Below are positions 27,196 to 40,945 of a stretch of 64,000 nucleotides of DNA, one piece after another. A program made the translations under genes and the position numbers. The stretch is from Octopus vulgaris (Eukaryota). The notes beneath the pieces are model-generated. The model searched no databases, was not told where the DNA came from, and was given only the letters and a program-made list of their open reading frames with translations. The number at the start of each line of letters is the position of its first letter. The stretch's first letter is position 1. The DNA is taken from the NCBI GenBank assembly GCA_951406725.2, contig OX597832.1:43338001-43402000 (forward strand), in the 5' to 3' direction.

Positions 27196-27463
27196 ACACA
27201 TACGCGTTCGCACGTCCACGTGGGTGGACCAACGTAAAAAAAAGTCGCAATTAACAAATTTGGTAAGAGCTACATATGCTTTTAATAAGAATTTTCCTCG
27301 GCGTCCGTGCTACGAGCCCGGGAAACTTGTAGTCGTATGGAGCTGAGCCAAACTGTTATTCGATATGTGTGTTTATAGCTGAGGGAATTAAAGCAATGCG
27401 AAATGAAGTGTCTTGCTCAAGAACCCAACACCAGTCTGGGAATCGAAACCACTATTCATACAC

Positions 27464-27494
<31 letters not shown>

Positions 27495-27533
27495 GCACAC
27501 ATGCACGCACACACATGTTTATATTTATGTGTT

Positions 27534-27581
<48 letters not shown>

Positions 27582-27702
27582 CATACATACATACATACAT
27601 ACATACATACATACATACACATACACACACATATACAGATATATATATACACACACATACAAACAAACACATATATATATATACATATATACATATATAT
27701 AT

Positions 27703-27813
<111 letters not shown>

Positions 27814-28519
27814 GGTGGAGAGAGGGGGGAGAACCACATAGAGGCGATGTAGTGACTCTGATTAAGAATATCATTTTTTATGACTAAGGGTGACTGTCTT
27901 GGGAGAGTGTTTTGCTTCCTACTCACAAATACAGACGGTCCCACATGTGTAATATGATACGCTAAAACAAAAGAAAAACAAACAGGGATTATTTCTGCAA
28001 TTAGGCTATAAAAAAGTCTTATCTGAGACGTTTAAAATTTAAGCTCAAAATCAAGCGAACAAAAACTAAGACAATCAACTAATATTTATAGAAAATATAG
28101 ACAATTCGGATCGATATTGATTGATATTTTTATTTTACTACACCGGTGCTTTTTTTGGCTGTAACCTGTGAAAATTAGACAAGAGCGGACACATTGCCAT
28201 GTTTAGATAAAATTGGGGTACTTATGTTGTACTTTCAACTTTTTAAACCTGTCGAAAGTATGGTAAAGGGTCCAATTGGAGAGAAAGAGAAAAGATAGTT
28301 CCGAATCAAAAATAATGGAGAAAATTCGATGGTGTATGTTCCAGAGAGAGCGATGATGGTCTTAAGTGAACTAAGACGAAAAAGAAGTATAAGAATGTAA
28401 TTTTTTTTATTAATAAAGAGGCAGTTTGTTTGCATTCGTGTGTGTGTATGTGTGCATAGGTGCGTTTGTGTGTGTGAGTGCGTCGTGTATGTGTGCGCGC
28501 GTGGTGTGTGTGTGTGAAA

Positions 28520-29165
28520 ACAAAGAATACAAACCTGCCGACTAACTAAAACTTACCACCTACTTACATTCTTTCGTGAACCCTTAACCAATCCCCTCAA
28601 AGCTGACAAAACCCAGTAAACACACCTAATTACAAAGGTTAACACACTGATCTGAACTCTAAGATTTAACCTTCACATTCTCAAAACAAAAGGTAAATAT
28701 CGTATTAATATCAAAATAAACCAACAACAACCAATCCAAACAACAGTTCTGCTGACTAACAACCTAACTTCATTTTTTCCTGAACCCCCATGACCTGAAA
28801 CTGACACACATAAACACACACTCCTACTTACATTGTTCTATATGCATGAACAAATTCTAACAATTAACACTTACCCAAAATTAATCAATAAGAATTCTCC
28901 ACACTACCTTTCCACCGCAACCTACCATACATCCTATTTATCATTCAATAGAACTCAGGTTATCCAAGAAAATTTTAACTTAACAGATACTATTTAAGGC
29001 CAACATGAACTTAAATGTATTGCAGTCAGATGATGGCTTAGCTGGTCGAAACTTCAAAGTTACTATCATTATTATTCATGCTAAAGAATGATAAATTTGT
29101 ACTCTACCAAACGTATTGAGTACTCCTTCAATTTAATGGAAAATTGTTTTTATTATAACAGAAAA
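28520..29165 (+). mobile_element. Probable Penelope-like pLTR (A/C-skewed) with a degenerate hammerhead
   Basis: Strong A/C strand skew, TATTTAAG, then AGT-CAGATGA-TGGCT..GGTC-GAAACTT-CA-AAGTT-ACT at 29024-29064. Confidence 0.5.
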
Positions 29166-29189
29166 CAAACATAGATATGTGTGTGTGCG

Positions 29190-29304
29190 TCCGAGCAAAA
29201 CGCCCCCGTCCAATGGACGGTGCTGAGTTGTCAATCATTTAAACCAAATTTTCTCAAAACAACTTGTCCGACCGTCCCATAGGCGTCCCCTTTGAGAAAC
29301 ACTG
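29190..29304. mobile_element. hAT/Charlie-like terminal fragment
   Basis: Ends TTTGAGAAACACTG, the reverse complement of CAGTGTTTCTCAAA (Charlie-type TIR). Partner TIR not seen. Confidence 0.45.
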
Positions 29305-29374
29305 GTTTAACCTAAATTTGAGACACCAGCAAAAGAAGAAATAAAGATAGACTTTTTTTCTATTCCAGAGAAAA

Positions 29375-29542
29375 ACGGCTTTATCGATCGCATTCTCACC
29401 TGGAATCGATTTTTGTAATTTTTTCAAGACTTATACACACCCTGATACCGTCAGTATGTACAAATTTGAGCGCAATCGGATGGAGGATGCCCGAAATCCT
29501 AGAAGAAACACACACACAGAATGGGTTTTATATAATATATAA

Positions 29543-29545
<3 letters not shown>
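29375..29545 (-). mobile_element. Helitron-like 5' fragment
   Basis: Reverse complement closely matches 61875-62046 (TCTAGGA..TCGGGCATCCTC..TCCGATTGCGCTCAAATTTG...CGATCGATAAAGCCG). Confidence 0.75.
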
Positions 29546-29577
<32 letters not shown>

Positions 29578-29579
<2 letters not shown>

Positions 29580-29748
29580 CGCAGGAGTGGCTGTTTGGTA
29601 AGTAGCTTGCTTACCAACCACATGGTTCCGGGTTCAGTCCCACTGCGTGGTACCTTGGGCAAGTGTTTTCTACTATAGCCTCGGGCCGACCAAAGCCTTG
29701 TAAGTGTATTTGGTAGACGGAAACTGAAAGAAGCCTGTCGTATATATG

Positions 29749-29809
<61 letters not shown>

Positions 29810-30038
29810 GTATATGTGCGTGTATGTTTGTGTGTCTGTGTTTGTCCCCCTAGCATTGCTTGACAACCGATGCTGGTGTGTTTACGTCCCCGTCACTTAG
29901 CGGTTCGGCAAGAGAGACCGATAGAATAAGTACTGGGCTTACAAAAGAATAAGTCCCGGGGTCGAGTTGCTCGACTAAAAGGCGGTGCTCCAGCATGGCA
30001 GCAGTCAACTGACTGAAACAAGTGAAAGTAAAGAGAGT
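29578..30038 (+). mobile_element. SINE family A, full length
   Basis: Near-identical to 6628-7076. Confidence 0.93.
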
Positions 30039-30286
30039 GTATATATATACACTCTCCACACAACTACCTCGAACACACAAGTGCAAACAAGGGAGTCAGA
30101 GAAAGGCAGAATGCCACTTAAATCTGAACACTACTATAGAAATATTCTTTTAAAAAAACTTTTCTTCTAATTTTTCTAAATTTAATTATTTAATCGTTAC
30201 AGTTGAAAAGGTCTCAAAATGACCGAAACCGGTACTGAAATGTTCACTATAAAATTATTTTAGCATTTTCTATTTTTTACTTGTTT

Positions 30287-30351
<65 letters not shown>

Positions 30352-31127
30352 AAAGAGTTGAATAACAAAAAGTACGTAGGAAGATAATAGATAGATAGAT
30401 AATTGTCGAAAAATAGACAACCACACAGATGTAGACAAAAATACATTTTCTGTTTTTAATGGTTGTTTTTTCTTGTTTTTGTTTTTTTTTTGTTTTGTTT
30501 TATTTTTCTCTTTTGTTCAGCAAAATTAATTTTCATTATTCTCTGTTCTTCTGCTTATTTGATTTTCTTTCTTTTCTTTGTTTTCACATATTTCTTTTTT
30601 GCCTTTTCCATCTTTTTCATATATTTTTACCTGTTTTCATCATATTACTTCTTTTTCACAATTTCTTCCTTTGCTTTTTTTTTTTTTTTTTTGCGGAGAG
30701 GGTGGCATGGGTTGTCTTTCTCGTTCTGTCTGCTTAAATTTTAATTTATTTCATAACTGCACACACACATACACACACACACACACACATACATACACAC
30801 ACACACACACATACACACACACACACGGTAGCGCGTGCGCCAACGCACATATACGTGTGTATGTATATGTATGGATATCTATGTATACACCTATATATGT
30901 ATTTATATACACCCTCACGCACACACATGCACACACACGCACACGCACATATACACACATATATATACATATATACACATATATATGTGTGTGTGTGAAT
31001 ATATATATATGTATATATGTATATACATATATATGTATGTGTATATATACATTTGTATATACATATATATATATATATATGTATATATATATGTATGTGT
31101 GTATATATATATGTATATATATATATG

Positions 31128-31199
<72 letters not shown>

Positions 31200-31583
31200 T
31201 GTATATAAACGATACAACTGCATAGCTATTTTTTCAAACCATAAGAAATTTTCACAACTATTTGAAATTTCGCCATAACTGCTCATTTAGAGAATAATTG
31301 CATACATAAATATAAACACACACACACACACACACACACACACTTACATACGTGCATGCTTAGACACATATATTTTTAAACCAAATCTGTATAGATATGT
31401 ATGTTTGTGTGCGTATAAACATATATATATATGTGTGTGTGTGTGCACACGCGCGGGCAAACTGACATGCGCACGCACGCGTACACAAACACACAGATAC
31501 ATATTTCTTCTTCCGCTTCCACGGCTTCTACACTCCATGCCTTCAGTATTCAGCTGTTTGGTATAATAATCAGTGGAGAGTGT

Positions 31584-31655
<72 letters not shown>

Positions 31656-31873
31656 ATGTGTGTGTGTATATATATATATATATATGCATATATATACACA
31701 AACATATATATATGCATATATATACATATGTGTACACACACATTTATATATACATATATACACATGCATATAAATATACATGTATATATATATATATATA
31801 TACATACATTCAGATATACATACAAAAATACATACATAGGTGCATACATATATACACATGCATATAAATATAC

Positions 31874-31916
<43 letters not shown>

Positions 31917-32014
31917 CATTCAGACATACATACATACATACATACATACATACATACATACATACATACATACATACATACATACATGCATACATACGTA
32001 CGTACATACATACA

Positions 32015-32048
<34 letters not shown>

Positions 32049-32556
32049 CACACATACATACATACATACATACATACATACATACGTACGTGCATATATA
32101 CATACATATATACATACATACGTGCATACACACCTTTCACTCGCACACGCTTTAGGACGCAGCGTCTGAAAAACACCTCTACACTGCAAATAAATAACAA
32201 ATTAACAGTCTACTACATTTACAAAGATAAAAAATCAGACATCACGCCTGCAGTTCAAAGTTTAGCACACAACTTGGCAGACGATCAAAATGTCTGAAGG
32301 CGTCTGTAAGCCATACTTCGCAGCTGATTTGGGTGAATCGCTAAAGCGTCGAAAAAAGAAAGCCTTGCGTTATTTGTTCGAATCCTGCTGAGGACAATAC
32401 TGCATTTTATTCTGCTAGGGTCGTTGAAATACTATACTCATTGAAATACAGTCTCGATGTCATCCGCTGTTCTCCTAAGCCTGGCAAGTTGAATATCATC
32501 ACCCTTAATTTAAATTGAGAGATCTGTATGAATGTGCATATATATATATGTGTGTA

Positions 32557-32616
<60 letters not shown>

Positions 32617-32703
32617 CATATATATATATACATATATATATACATATATATATATGCGTGTGCGTGCGAGTGTGTGTATGTATGTGTGCGCGTGCGTACA
32701 GAT

Positions 32704-32755
<52 letters not shown>

Positions 32756-33569
32756 TATTTTATTAAAGCTAAACAACACTTCACAAACTTATGCAGCGTT
32801 TCTAGTGACCTCCATCAGACAGTTGTGATTTTTTTTCACCTTGTTTGCACTGTTTACGATACACACGTGTTTTGTGTGTGTAAATGTATGTGTGTATGTG
32901 ACCATAAATGCGGATTAAGAACAAGGTAAAGGCCCCGCTTAAAATTGAAGAGAATTATATGAGAGTATGTGGTGATTTAGTGTCATTTAAAAGTTGAATA
33001 AGATGTCTTTGACCTTAGATCAATGCGAATTAACATATAACTAAACAGCAAAAACAATGCGATTAACAGCAACTTGACCATCACTGGAAACAATAATTCC
33101 GCCACTATCACTAACACCAATATTACCAACACCAAAAGCAACACAGCAACTAGCAATGACAATAATAGTATCAAGATAATATAAATGCCTGTAGCTACAT
33201 ATGTTGTACGCCAACATTATATGTTTGTGTGTGTGAGAGTATGCGAGTGTGTGCATGAGTGTGTGAGGGAAAGTAGTTTGAGGTTTCTATGGCTCAAATC
33301 AAAGTGTGAAGCGTGTATGAACCTGGTAAACCCACAGATGACTGTAATAAAACTGTACTATCTCCCACCTCAGTCGTTTACCTTTTCCTTTTCTTGTTTC
33401 CATTCTTGTATCCATTAGAATAAGTAAACAATTTTTTACTCTCAAAAAACATTTCCTGGTTCTCTGAGTTTTTTTTTACTACATATTATTTGTGTATTAT
33501 TGTTGATCGCCGCCACCGTTGAATTTACCAACACATCAAGATATCTGGAAAGAAAACATAAAATGGAAC

Positions 33570-35430
33570 TAAAGGCAGTAGAGCGAAAAGAAACCGGGAA
33601 AGTAGAGTACACAAGGTATTAAACTTGATGTTTTGAAAAAGAGTTGAGCCCGAGAAAATATGAGCCATATTACCAAAACACTAAAGCTAGCAACGTCTAC
33701 AGTGTAAACTAGATGTGACAATACAAAGAAAATTAAGCTACTCCAACCGCCCGGACTTTTCTTTTAATAGATATAATGTGAAATTTAAAATTAGGCCTCT
33801 TCTGGGTGTATGGAACGAGGATCAGACTCGACGAATTGTAGCGATAAGCACTATCGTAACTAAAATAAAAGCCAAAAATTTTTATGATGTTTTGTAGAAA
33901 AAAATGAGGTTGAAAATTCTGTTGAAAAATCTTTTCTGGCCACATGAAAGTCTGACTTGAAAAGTTTAATAAGCGCTTGAATTTACTCAATATAAAAATT
34001 ACTGGTGAAGCTGCCAGTGCTGACGGAGGCTGTTGCTAATTATCCTGAGCACCTGAACAAATATTGTAAATGGAGTCTAGACACCAAAACAAATATACCA
34101 AGTTGATGAAACCGCAGTTTTCTGGAGGCTTATGCTTGTTGGAACTTTTATTTCTCGAGAAGAAAAATCAAAACAAGGATTTAACGCTTTCAAAAAATCG
34201 TTCGATGCTTCTTCTAGGAGGAGGAAATACCACTGACGATGTGAAATTAAAGAACCCATTCGTGTATCACCCTGAAAATCCAAGAGTGTTTAAGGGTACA
34301 CAAAATTATAATTTACCTCTGATTTGGCATCAAATAAGTGTACGTATCACTAAAAGCTTTTGCGAATAGTGGTTTACAATCATCTGCTGTAGAAAGGTAC
34401 AGTACGTAACATAATACTTTCAACAAAGCCAAGCTTCTTTTAAACAATGCATCAAGCTACACAGTGAACTTAAATAAGCTTTCTAATAACGTCAGAGTAG
34501 GATATATCCCCAAGAAAATGACTTCTAACAACTTCTTTGTTCCAAACTATGATTCAAGATGTGATAGCTAACTTCAAGGCATATTATCTGAGAAGAACCT
34601 TCAAATAACTTATGAAAGCAATTCTGGATGTTCGGCATAATGGATGCTGCAGACAACATAGTTGTCATGGGATGAAGTCAAACCTTTAGATTTGAATGGT
34701 GTTTGGGAAGATATATGGTCAGATTATATGCGGGACTTTAGAAAGTTTACATCAAATTGGAAACCTATTGTGACCTTTTCAAATGATGTAATGTTTAGAG
34801 AAATCATGGAGGCTGATTTGGTTGAGCTGCCAATGTCCCCAAAAGGTCTGATAGTGTCAGAACAAGAACAAGCTGAAAGTACAGATGTGAATTCAGAAAT
34901 TCCAGCAACTCCATATAAACAACATAAGTAAAAGGTTGGCACTTATAGAGGAAGGTCTACAAGTTTTTATTGATAGCGATCCTTGTTGTGAACGCAATAT
35001 AAAAATTACAAGATGAGTTTACAATGGGCTCAGTTCTCACACTGTAAAGTAAAAATGATGCGCCATAAAAAATCAAACAATTTGGGATAAATTCTTCGCT
35101 CCTCAAGTAGATGTTGATGAGGAAGAATTATAACATAGAAGATAGTGTCCCTCATGCTACCAGAAATTCTCATTCCAGCACCATCAGTCTTCACACAATA
35201 GTTAACATATTTTTATGGTAAGCACTTGCCCTTTTACGATATTATGGGTCGTATTTATCCCCTAACGTATTCCTTTTCATATGTACTTGTGTCTGCATAT
35301 TGTTCTGTGCTGGATCAGAAAATAATTTCATGCGTAAACGCAGTCGTGTTGGTCGTTTTACATTTATGATATTTCTCTAAAAAAAAATCCGTCCGAACGC
35401 ATAGCTTCAATAACGTGAGGGATTCTAGTA
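33570..35430 (+). mobile_element. pogo/Tigger-like DNA transposon, heavily decayed transposase
   Basis: Fragments KRLNLLNIKITGEAASAD, KLKNPFVYHPENPRVFKG, QDVIANFKAYYLRRTF and SWDEVKP..LNGVW are typical of CENP-B/DDE_1 Tigger transposases. Possible right TIR TAACGTGAGGGATTCTAG-TA near 35410-35430; left TIR not found. Confidence 0.85.
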
Positions 35431-35486
35431 TATGTATTTACACATAAATACGCACATACATACACATACAGATATGTACATCTATA

Positions 35487-35665
35487 TATCACCGTGATCA
35501 CCGTGACCCAACAGGCTATCAGATGTTGCTACACATCGCTGGTCACAATGCACTTCGCATTGTGACCAGACTTCAAATGACGCCAACTCGCTGGCTAAGC
35601 GAGCAGACCAACAGAAGAAAGAGTGAGAGAAAGTTGTGGTGAAAGAGTACAGCAGGGATCGCCAC
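35487..35665 (-). mobile_element. SINE family C 3' half
   Basis: ATCAGATGTTGCTACACATCGCTGGTCACAATGC shared with the 7377 copy. Confidence 0.85.
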
Positions 35666-36748
35666 CTATATATAAATATACATAACCACCTATATATAAA
35701 TATACATAAAAATCTATTCATATACATATTTACATACATATAAATACGTATATACATACATACACACACACACACACATATATACACGTATGTGGGAATG
35801 TATGTATAAACATACCTCTATACAGACACACACACATACATACACGCATACATACATACATACATGCACACATACATACATACATACACACATACATACA
35901 TACATACATACATACATACATACATACATACATACAAACATACATATCTTGATGCAGATCTTTCTGTTCTTCAATATGTACTGGAGGTGAAATGCGTTCA
36001 CTATTTTGAGTACTTTTACCAAGGAATAATTGTTCATATACCATCTGGTGCTAGGACCCGAAGGGGATGATGTAGGCAGGAAGAAGAAAAAGCCTTTAGT
36101 CGTACTAAAAGAGAATGGGGAAATAACGCTCATATCATTTGGTGCATTAATTCAGAGAAAGCTATGTGTGTGGTGTCGGACAGACTGTATTAGAAGCGGG
36201 AAGGAAAAGGTTTCAACGAAAGGGAATAATAAGGAGACAAAGTGGGTGCTTATATTAAGGGAAAATTGTGCATATACTGTTCGGTGCGTAGGATCCCGTC
36301 AGATTTATTATTGCGGAAGGGGAAATGATGAAATGATGAAATGCAGAAAGACGGGTGCAGCGAAGCATCTTCTGCTGGAGTTTGGGTTGCTGCCAAGAAG
36401 TGTAGAGAAACAGACGTCGTTGTTTCGACAATTAGACAATCTCTCGTACTGAGGGGGAGCGTGATGGGGGTTGTAGGAAGCGAGCACCTAGGTGGACTTG
36501 GCGATCTAGATTTTGCCTCGAATTAATAGGAATAAGTAACTAGACTAGGTTTAAAAAATAAGTACTGGGCTCGATTTGTTCGACTAAACACTTCAAGGCG
36601 GTGCACCAGCATGGCCGCAGTCCAATGAGTAGAGCAAGTAAGAGATAAAAGATAAAAGATAAAAGAATTATTCAAAACAGTGCAAAAAGAAACTCTTAGC
36701 AACTCATTGATTCCATTTCTAGACATAAGTATCCAGTATAATAATTAC

Positions 36749-36830
<82 letters not shown>

Positions 36831-36877
36831 GGCATGCTCTCCTCTCACACTGAATAATAATAATAATAATAATAATA

Positions 36878-36943
<66 letters not shown>

Positions 36944-36945
<2 letters not shown>

Positions 36946-37396
36946 GATGGGCTACAGCAAATACTCTGCTCAATACCACAGATTTGCTTGTCAGTTGTTT
37001 GACCTTAACCAGCCCTAAGTGGCTGACGATATGTGCATCTCTGATCATGAGCAGAAGTAGTTGGGGAGCATCATAGCCATGTGTTGAGAGGGATTCTTTG
37101 GGGTTTGAAAAATTCACCTCTGGAAACATGGGTGTTTCGTTCAACATCCTTAAACAATCCTTATTCAGGGACTTTTTTATTGGGATGGGCTACTCGACCA
37201 GAAGAAAATTCTAACTGGGCCCCACCTGCAAGGTCATGCGCTGTTTATCTTGATATGAGATCACCATGTCGCGCACATATGGTTGTGATGCATGTGCCTG
37301 GTGTACCCTTAACAGACGGGTAGTCATGATGGGTATACTGGGCTTCGTATATTTTACCCCAGTGTCACTTTGATGGCATGCTCTGCTCTCTCACTC

Positions 37397-37486
<90 letters not shown>

Positions 37487-37487
37487 C
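36944..37487 (+). mobile_element. Second copy of the (AAT)n-tailed retroelement 3' end
   Basis: High identity to about 3135-3597, followed by a long (AAT)n tail. Confidence 0.85.
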
Positions 37488-37638
37488 CTTTCTACAACAG
37501 GCACCGGGCCTGAAATGTTGAAGGAAGGTGATAGTCGATTACATCAACCCCAGTAGTCAACTGGTACTCATTTTATCGATCCTGAAAGGATGGAAAGCAA
37601 AGTCGACCCCGGCAGCATTTGATCACAGAACGTGAATA

Positions 37639-37736
<98 letters not shown>

Positions 37737-37789
37737 CATGATGATGATGATAATAATAATAATAATAATTTTCGTATGTTTTTTTTTTT

Positions 37790-37955
37790 GACATTCACTA
37801 GTACAACACTAAATACAAAACCAAGTATATGGCACACTAGGCATAACACCAACATGAACTTCCAACCTGTTGTCTCTTGAGGTCTCTGGGTGAGACTTGG
37901 AACCAACTTGTACAAATATAAACCAAAAGTCAAACATAGAATAATAATAATAATA

Positions 37956-37957
<2 letters not shown>
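37790..37957 (+). mobile_element. Possible Dong/R4-type 3' UTR stub with an AAT tail
   Basis: GAGGTCTCTGGGTGAGACTTGG resembles, from memory, R4/Dong terminal motifs; ends in (AAT)n. Confidence 0.45.
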
Positions 37958-37985
<28 letters not shown>

Positions 37986-37987
<2 letters not shown>

Positions 37988-38175
37988 CCTTCCTACAGGA
38001 AGCACAAGGCCTCAAATTTGGTGGGAAGGAATTAAGTCGATTACATCGACCCCAGTACGCAACTGGTACTTATTTTATCGACCAGGAAAGGATGAGAGAC
38101 AAAGTCGACCTCGGCGAAATTTGAACTCAGAATGTTCAAGCATTTCTGTCTGGCGTGCTAATGATTCTACCAACT
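37986..38175 (-). mobile_element. SINE family B
   Basis: AAGTCGATTACATCGACCCCAG...AAAGTCGACCTCGGCGAAATTTGAACTCAGAA; another fragment at 37488-37632. Confidence 0.8.
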
Positions 38176-38253
38176 TGGGTAGAAATTTGGTGGGAGGGGA
38201 CTAGTCGATTATACCGACCCCAGTGTTTCACAAGATGAATATATATATATATG

Positions 38254-38317
<64 letters not shown>

Positions 38318-38362
38318 TATAAATATATAAATATATATATATGTGTGTGTGTGTATGTATGT

Positions 38363-38409
<47 letters not shown>

Positions 38410-38493
38410 TAAAAAAATACAAACTGGGACAAGAACGCAAAACACTCAAAGAGACGACACAAAAAACACGGACGGGACATTCGAAGCCTTCAA

Positions 38494-38566
38494 TCTTCAG
38501 TCAAGAACCGGATCATCCTCGCAATTTCGGCTGATTAATCTTGAGATTGCTCCGACCTGGCCAGCC
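38494..38566 (-). ncRNA. Candidate permuted hammerhead ribozyme, copy 1
   Basis: GGCTG-11nt-GCAAT-C-TCAAGA-TTAAT-CAGCC-GAA-ATTGC-14nt-TCTTGA-CTGAAGA: intact core and three perfect stems. Activity untested. Confidence 0.6.
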
Positions 38567-38661
38567 CCAAAGAAAAATCTAAGCCAAGTGCATTAGATTC
38601 CTTGGAAGAAAGCCTCTCGAATGTATACAAAACAAGGACGGGAAAACGGACGATGTTACAC

Positions 38662-38704
<43 letters not shown>

Positions 38705-38707
38705 TAT

Positions 38708-38782
<75 letters not shown>

Positions 38783-39637
38783 TATAGATAGATAGATATA
38801 TATATATATATATATATTCATTTATCCTATTTTCTCCTTTGTCAATCTCATGTCTTATCTTTTAATTCTACCAGTCTTTTAATCTTTTGTTAATTCCCTA
38901 TCTATCTCCGGTACCTGAATTCCCCCACCACTACCCCTACCACTCCCTGTGTGTTCTTTCTCTCTCTCTCTCTCTCTTTTTCTCTCTGTCGCTATCAACA
39001 CCATAAATATATACAAATCCATGTATATGTATACGTATATATATATATATATGCGTGTGAGTGTGTGTGTGTCTGAGTATATATAATTGCCTCCAGCCTT
39101 CCTCCTCCTTCTCAGACTCTACAGCTTGTAATACAGCCGTTCACCATATGTAAGAACAGGCAAGATCTCTTCCACCCCTCATAACCCAACACTTCCCACT
39201 TTCATTTTCACTCTTCTCTCTAATATTCTTTATACACACACACACACACAAATATATATGTATATATATCTTTATATATATATATATATATATAATTAGC
39301 CATTTATTTACATCTGTTTATTTATTTATTTATTTGCCAATTTGATTCTGTCTGTATTCTCCTTTTTTTCTCATTTCTCACTTATCTTCTGATTTTTCAT
39401 TGTGTATCTATCAGTCTTTCTTCACATAGAACCTTGCCTCCGCATCTCGCTGAGCGAGCAGGCCAACAGAAGAAAGAATGAGAGAAAGCTATGGCGAAAG
39501 AGTACAACAGGGGTCTCCACCACCACCCCCTGCCGGAGCCTCGTGGAGCTTTAGGTGTTTTCGCTCAATAAACACTCACAACCCTCGGTCTGGGGATCGA
39601 AACCGCGATCCTACGACCGCAAGTCAGCTGCCCTAAC

Positions 39638-39674
<37 letters not shown>

Positions 39675-39698
39675 AGGAGTGGCTGTGTGATAAGTACA

Positions 39699-39905
39699 TT
39701 AATAGAAAGGGAATATATGAAATTTGGGATTTTTATTTCTAGCGCAAGAGTCTATGTGGCTACTGAGTGGAATTTCTCGGTATTGTAGGAGATATATCTG
39801 TTCTTCATGGACTGCTACTCTTCTGCGTAAAGGAAGGCTCGTTTGTCCGATATAATTGTGTTGGCAACGGTGCATGTAAGAACGTAAATATATAATATAT
39901 AAGGA
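39699..39905 (-). pseudogene. Penelope-like GIY-YIG endonuclease fragment
   Basis: IIY...RCQHNYIGQTSLPLRRRVAVHEEQI...IPLSSHIDSC fits the PLE YIGxT..L..R...H signature. Confidence 0.85.
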
Positions 39906-39986
39906 ATATGAGTGGTTTAGTTCACTGGTCATCTAAACGATACTGAGTCGGCTAGGTCACCGTATGTAATAATTGTTTTCTTCTAT

Positions 39987-40124
39987 AGGCGCAGGAGTGG
40001 CTGTGCGTTAAGTAGCTTGCTTACCAACAACATGGTTCCGGGTTCAGTCCCACTGCGTGGCACTTTGGGCAAGTGTCTTCTACTATAGCCTCGGGCCAAC
40101 TGAAAGAAGCCCGTCGTATATATG

Positions 40125-40205
<81 letters not shown>

Positions 40206-40441
40206 ATGTATATGTATATGTATGCATATGTTTGTGTGTCTGTGTTTGTCCCCTCCCCACCATCACTTGACAACCGATGTTGGTGTGTTTACGTTCCCGT
40301 AACTTAGCGGTTCGGCAAAAAAGAGATGGATAGAATAAGTACTAGGCCTACAAAGGATATGTCATGTTGTCAATTTGCTCGACTAAATGCAGTGCTCGAG
40401 CATGGCCGCAGCAGTGAAATGACTGAAACAAGTAAAAGAGT
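39987..40441 (+). mobile_element. SINE family A with a small internal deletion
   Basis: Head and tail intact; lacks the segment between GGGCC and AACTGAAAG. Confidence 0.9.
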
Positions 40442-40447
40442 ATATAT

Positions 40448-40502
<55 letters not shown>

Positions 40503-40764
40503 CATACACATTTATATATAAACGTACCTAAATACATATGTACAGACATCTACACACTCCATACATCTAGAGCCTGGACACCACCACACCATCACCACCA
40601 CCACCAGCAACAAGAGCAACAACAACCGACAGCAGTCTCTATCCTGCCTGTTGCATGAGACAGATCAACTTATTGCAACATAACTTTAAACGAAAGATAG
40701 ACGTGCATGAATATGTATGTGTGTGCGTATGTGCATATATATAACGGGAAAGTTTACGAAAATA

Positions 40765-40945
40765 AACAAAAGACGAAGGCAGGTGGAGTACAAACAAACA
40801 AATGTGTTAGTATGGCGCTCAGGAATAGAAAGAGTATTTTACGTTTCGAGCCTACGCTCTTCTGCAGAAAGGTACACAGAAAAAAAACAAAGAGAGAAAA
40901 AAGGAGAGAAAAAATGCGTGTTGGAGCTAACGATCTATCATGGCA
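40765..40945 (-). mobile_element. Penelope-like pLTR fragment, same family as 26440
   Basis: ACGTTTCGAGCCTACGCTCTTC...ACACAGAAA...CGATCTATCATG shared. Confidence 0.65.
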
